From: Candidatus Zixiibacteriota bacterium
GTDB lineage: Bacteria; Zixibacteria; MSB-5A5; WJJR01
DNA: 37,674 nt
Assembly: GCA_016199865.1 (NCBI GenBank)
Contig: JACQFV010000005.1
Location: 1 to 37,674 of the forward strand
Reading direction: 5' to 3'
Shown piece by piece: positions 37,300-37,674 of the stretch (positions are counted from its first letter, which is position 1; every line of letters starts with the position of its first letter). Both the position numbers and the translations under genes were made by a program. Below the pieces are notes generated by a model. That model searched no databases, was not told the DNA's origin, and saw only the letters and a list, made by a program, of their open reading frames with translations.

Positions 37300-37371
37300 C
37301 ATCCCGAGCGAGTTCCGCCTCTGGCGGAACGAGTCGAGGGACTTATCCTGAACGATTCCCGAGATAAACGA

Positions 37372-37650
37372 ATGCCCAACGCCCGCAATCCCTGGTATGT
37401 CTACCTTCTCCGCTGTTCTGACGGTTCCATCTACACCGGAATATCGAAAGACGTTGACACCCGGGTGAAGAAGCACAATGCCGGTGCCGGTGCCGTCTAC
37501 ACGGCCCAGCGGCGTCCTGTATCTCTGATATACCAAGAACGACACCGCAACCAGAGTTCGGCGATGGTGAGAGAACGGCAGATCAAGCGGCTGAGGAAGG
37601 CCCAGAAAGAAGTCCTCGCCTTGGGATCGCCCCGGCTGCATTCGCAATGA
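37372..37650 (+). CDS. Stand-alone GIY-YIG nuclease (UPF0213/YhbQ-like), copy 2
   Basis: WYVYLLRCSDGSIYTGIS...R...HNAGAGAVYT..RRPV...RE.QIK. Colinear with copy 1, 53/92 identical by hand count. Confidence 0.93.
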   Translation: MPNARNPWYVYLLRCSDGSIYTGISKDVDTRVKKHNAGAGAVYTAQRRPVSLIYQERHRNQSSAMVRERQIKRLRKAQKEVLALGSPRLHSQ

Positions 37651-37674
37651 GAAGCCCGCACTCCGCGCAAGATT

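Larger units (their letters stand above)
37283..37670 (+). mobile_element. Unit 2: tRNA 3' end copy / structured repeat / GIY-YIG gene / decayed right end
   Basis: Left repeat 37302-37341 is colinear with unit 1. The gene ends in a decayed right repeat (SPRLHSQ* versus FPRPHSG*). GAAGCCCGCACTCCGCG (37651-37667) matches tRNA GAATCCCGGCCTCTCCG at 12/17, at the same ~370-bp spacing. Confidence 0.55.

Noticed and set aside
35690-37670. tRNA-end repeats read as a CRISPR array or a classical integron
   Set aside because: Spacing is 370-1220 bp with whole genes between repeats. No cas or intI gene is present and no attC-type RYYYAAC...GTTRRRY boxes were recognised.

Overview
GC-rich bacterial chromosomal region from a diderm (FadL-type outer-membrane protein, lipoprotein, Tat substrate). 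Core content, left to right: a minus-strand GAF-GAF-PP2C phosphatase/tilS/hpt/ftsH/folP/cdaA string, in which tilS has an internal deletion plus frameshift; a CPBP protease; an amino-acid-fermentation-type operon (ferredoxin, small HdrA-N-like Cys protein, vorB, fused beta-gamma 2-oxoacid oxidoreductase, divergent Ald-like protein, CoA-transferase); tandem-domain thyX; M29 aminopeptidase; a degenerate SGNH protein; a MITE-disrupted RCK remnant; a FadL transporter coupled to a lipoprotein esterase fold lacking its catalytic Ser; uvrA-aconitase-gcvT-comB; a Rieske/split cytochrome b/octaheme cytochrome c complex; and tRNA-Ser(GCT). The most striking feature lies downstream of the tRNA. It is an integrase-free array of four copies of the tRNA 3' end that bracket two ~370-bp units. 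Each unit is a 92-aa GIY-YIG nuclease gene enclosed by structured palindromic repeats, and a two-gene cargo lies between the units. A solo copy of the same repeat occurs at ~18 kb. Also notable are a candidate sigma54-driven, anti-Shine-Dalgarno-rich sRNA at ~8.74-8.88 kb, which shares an upstream motif with the vor operon, and several unrelated REP-like families in intergenic spacers. All calls come from reading the sequence; no searches were run.
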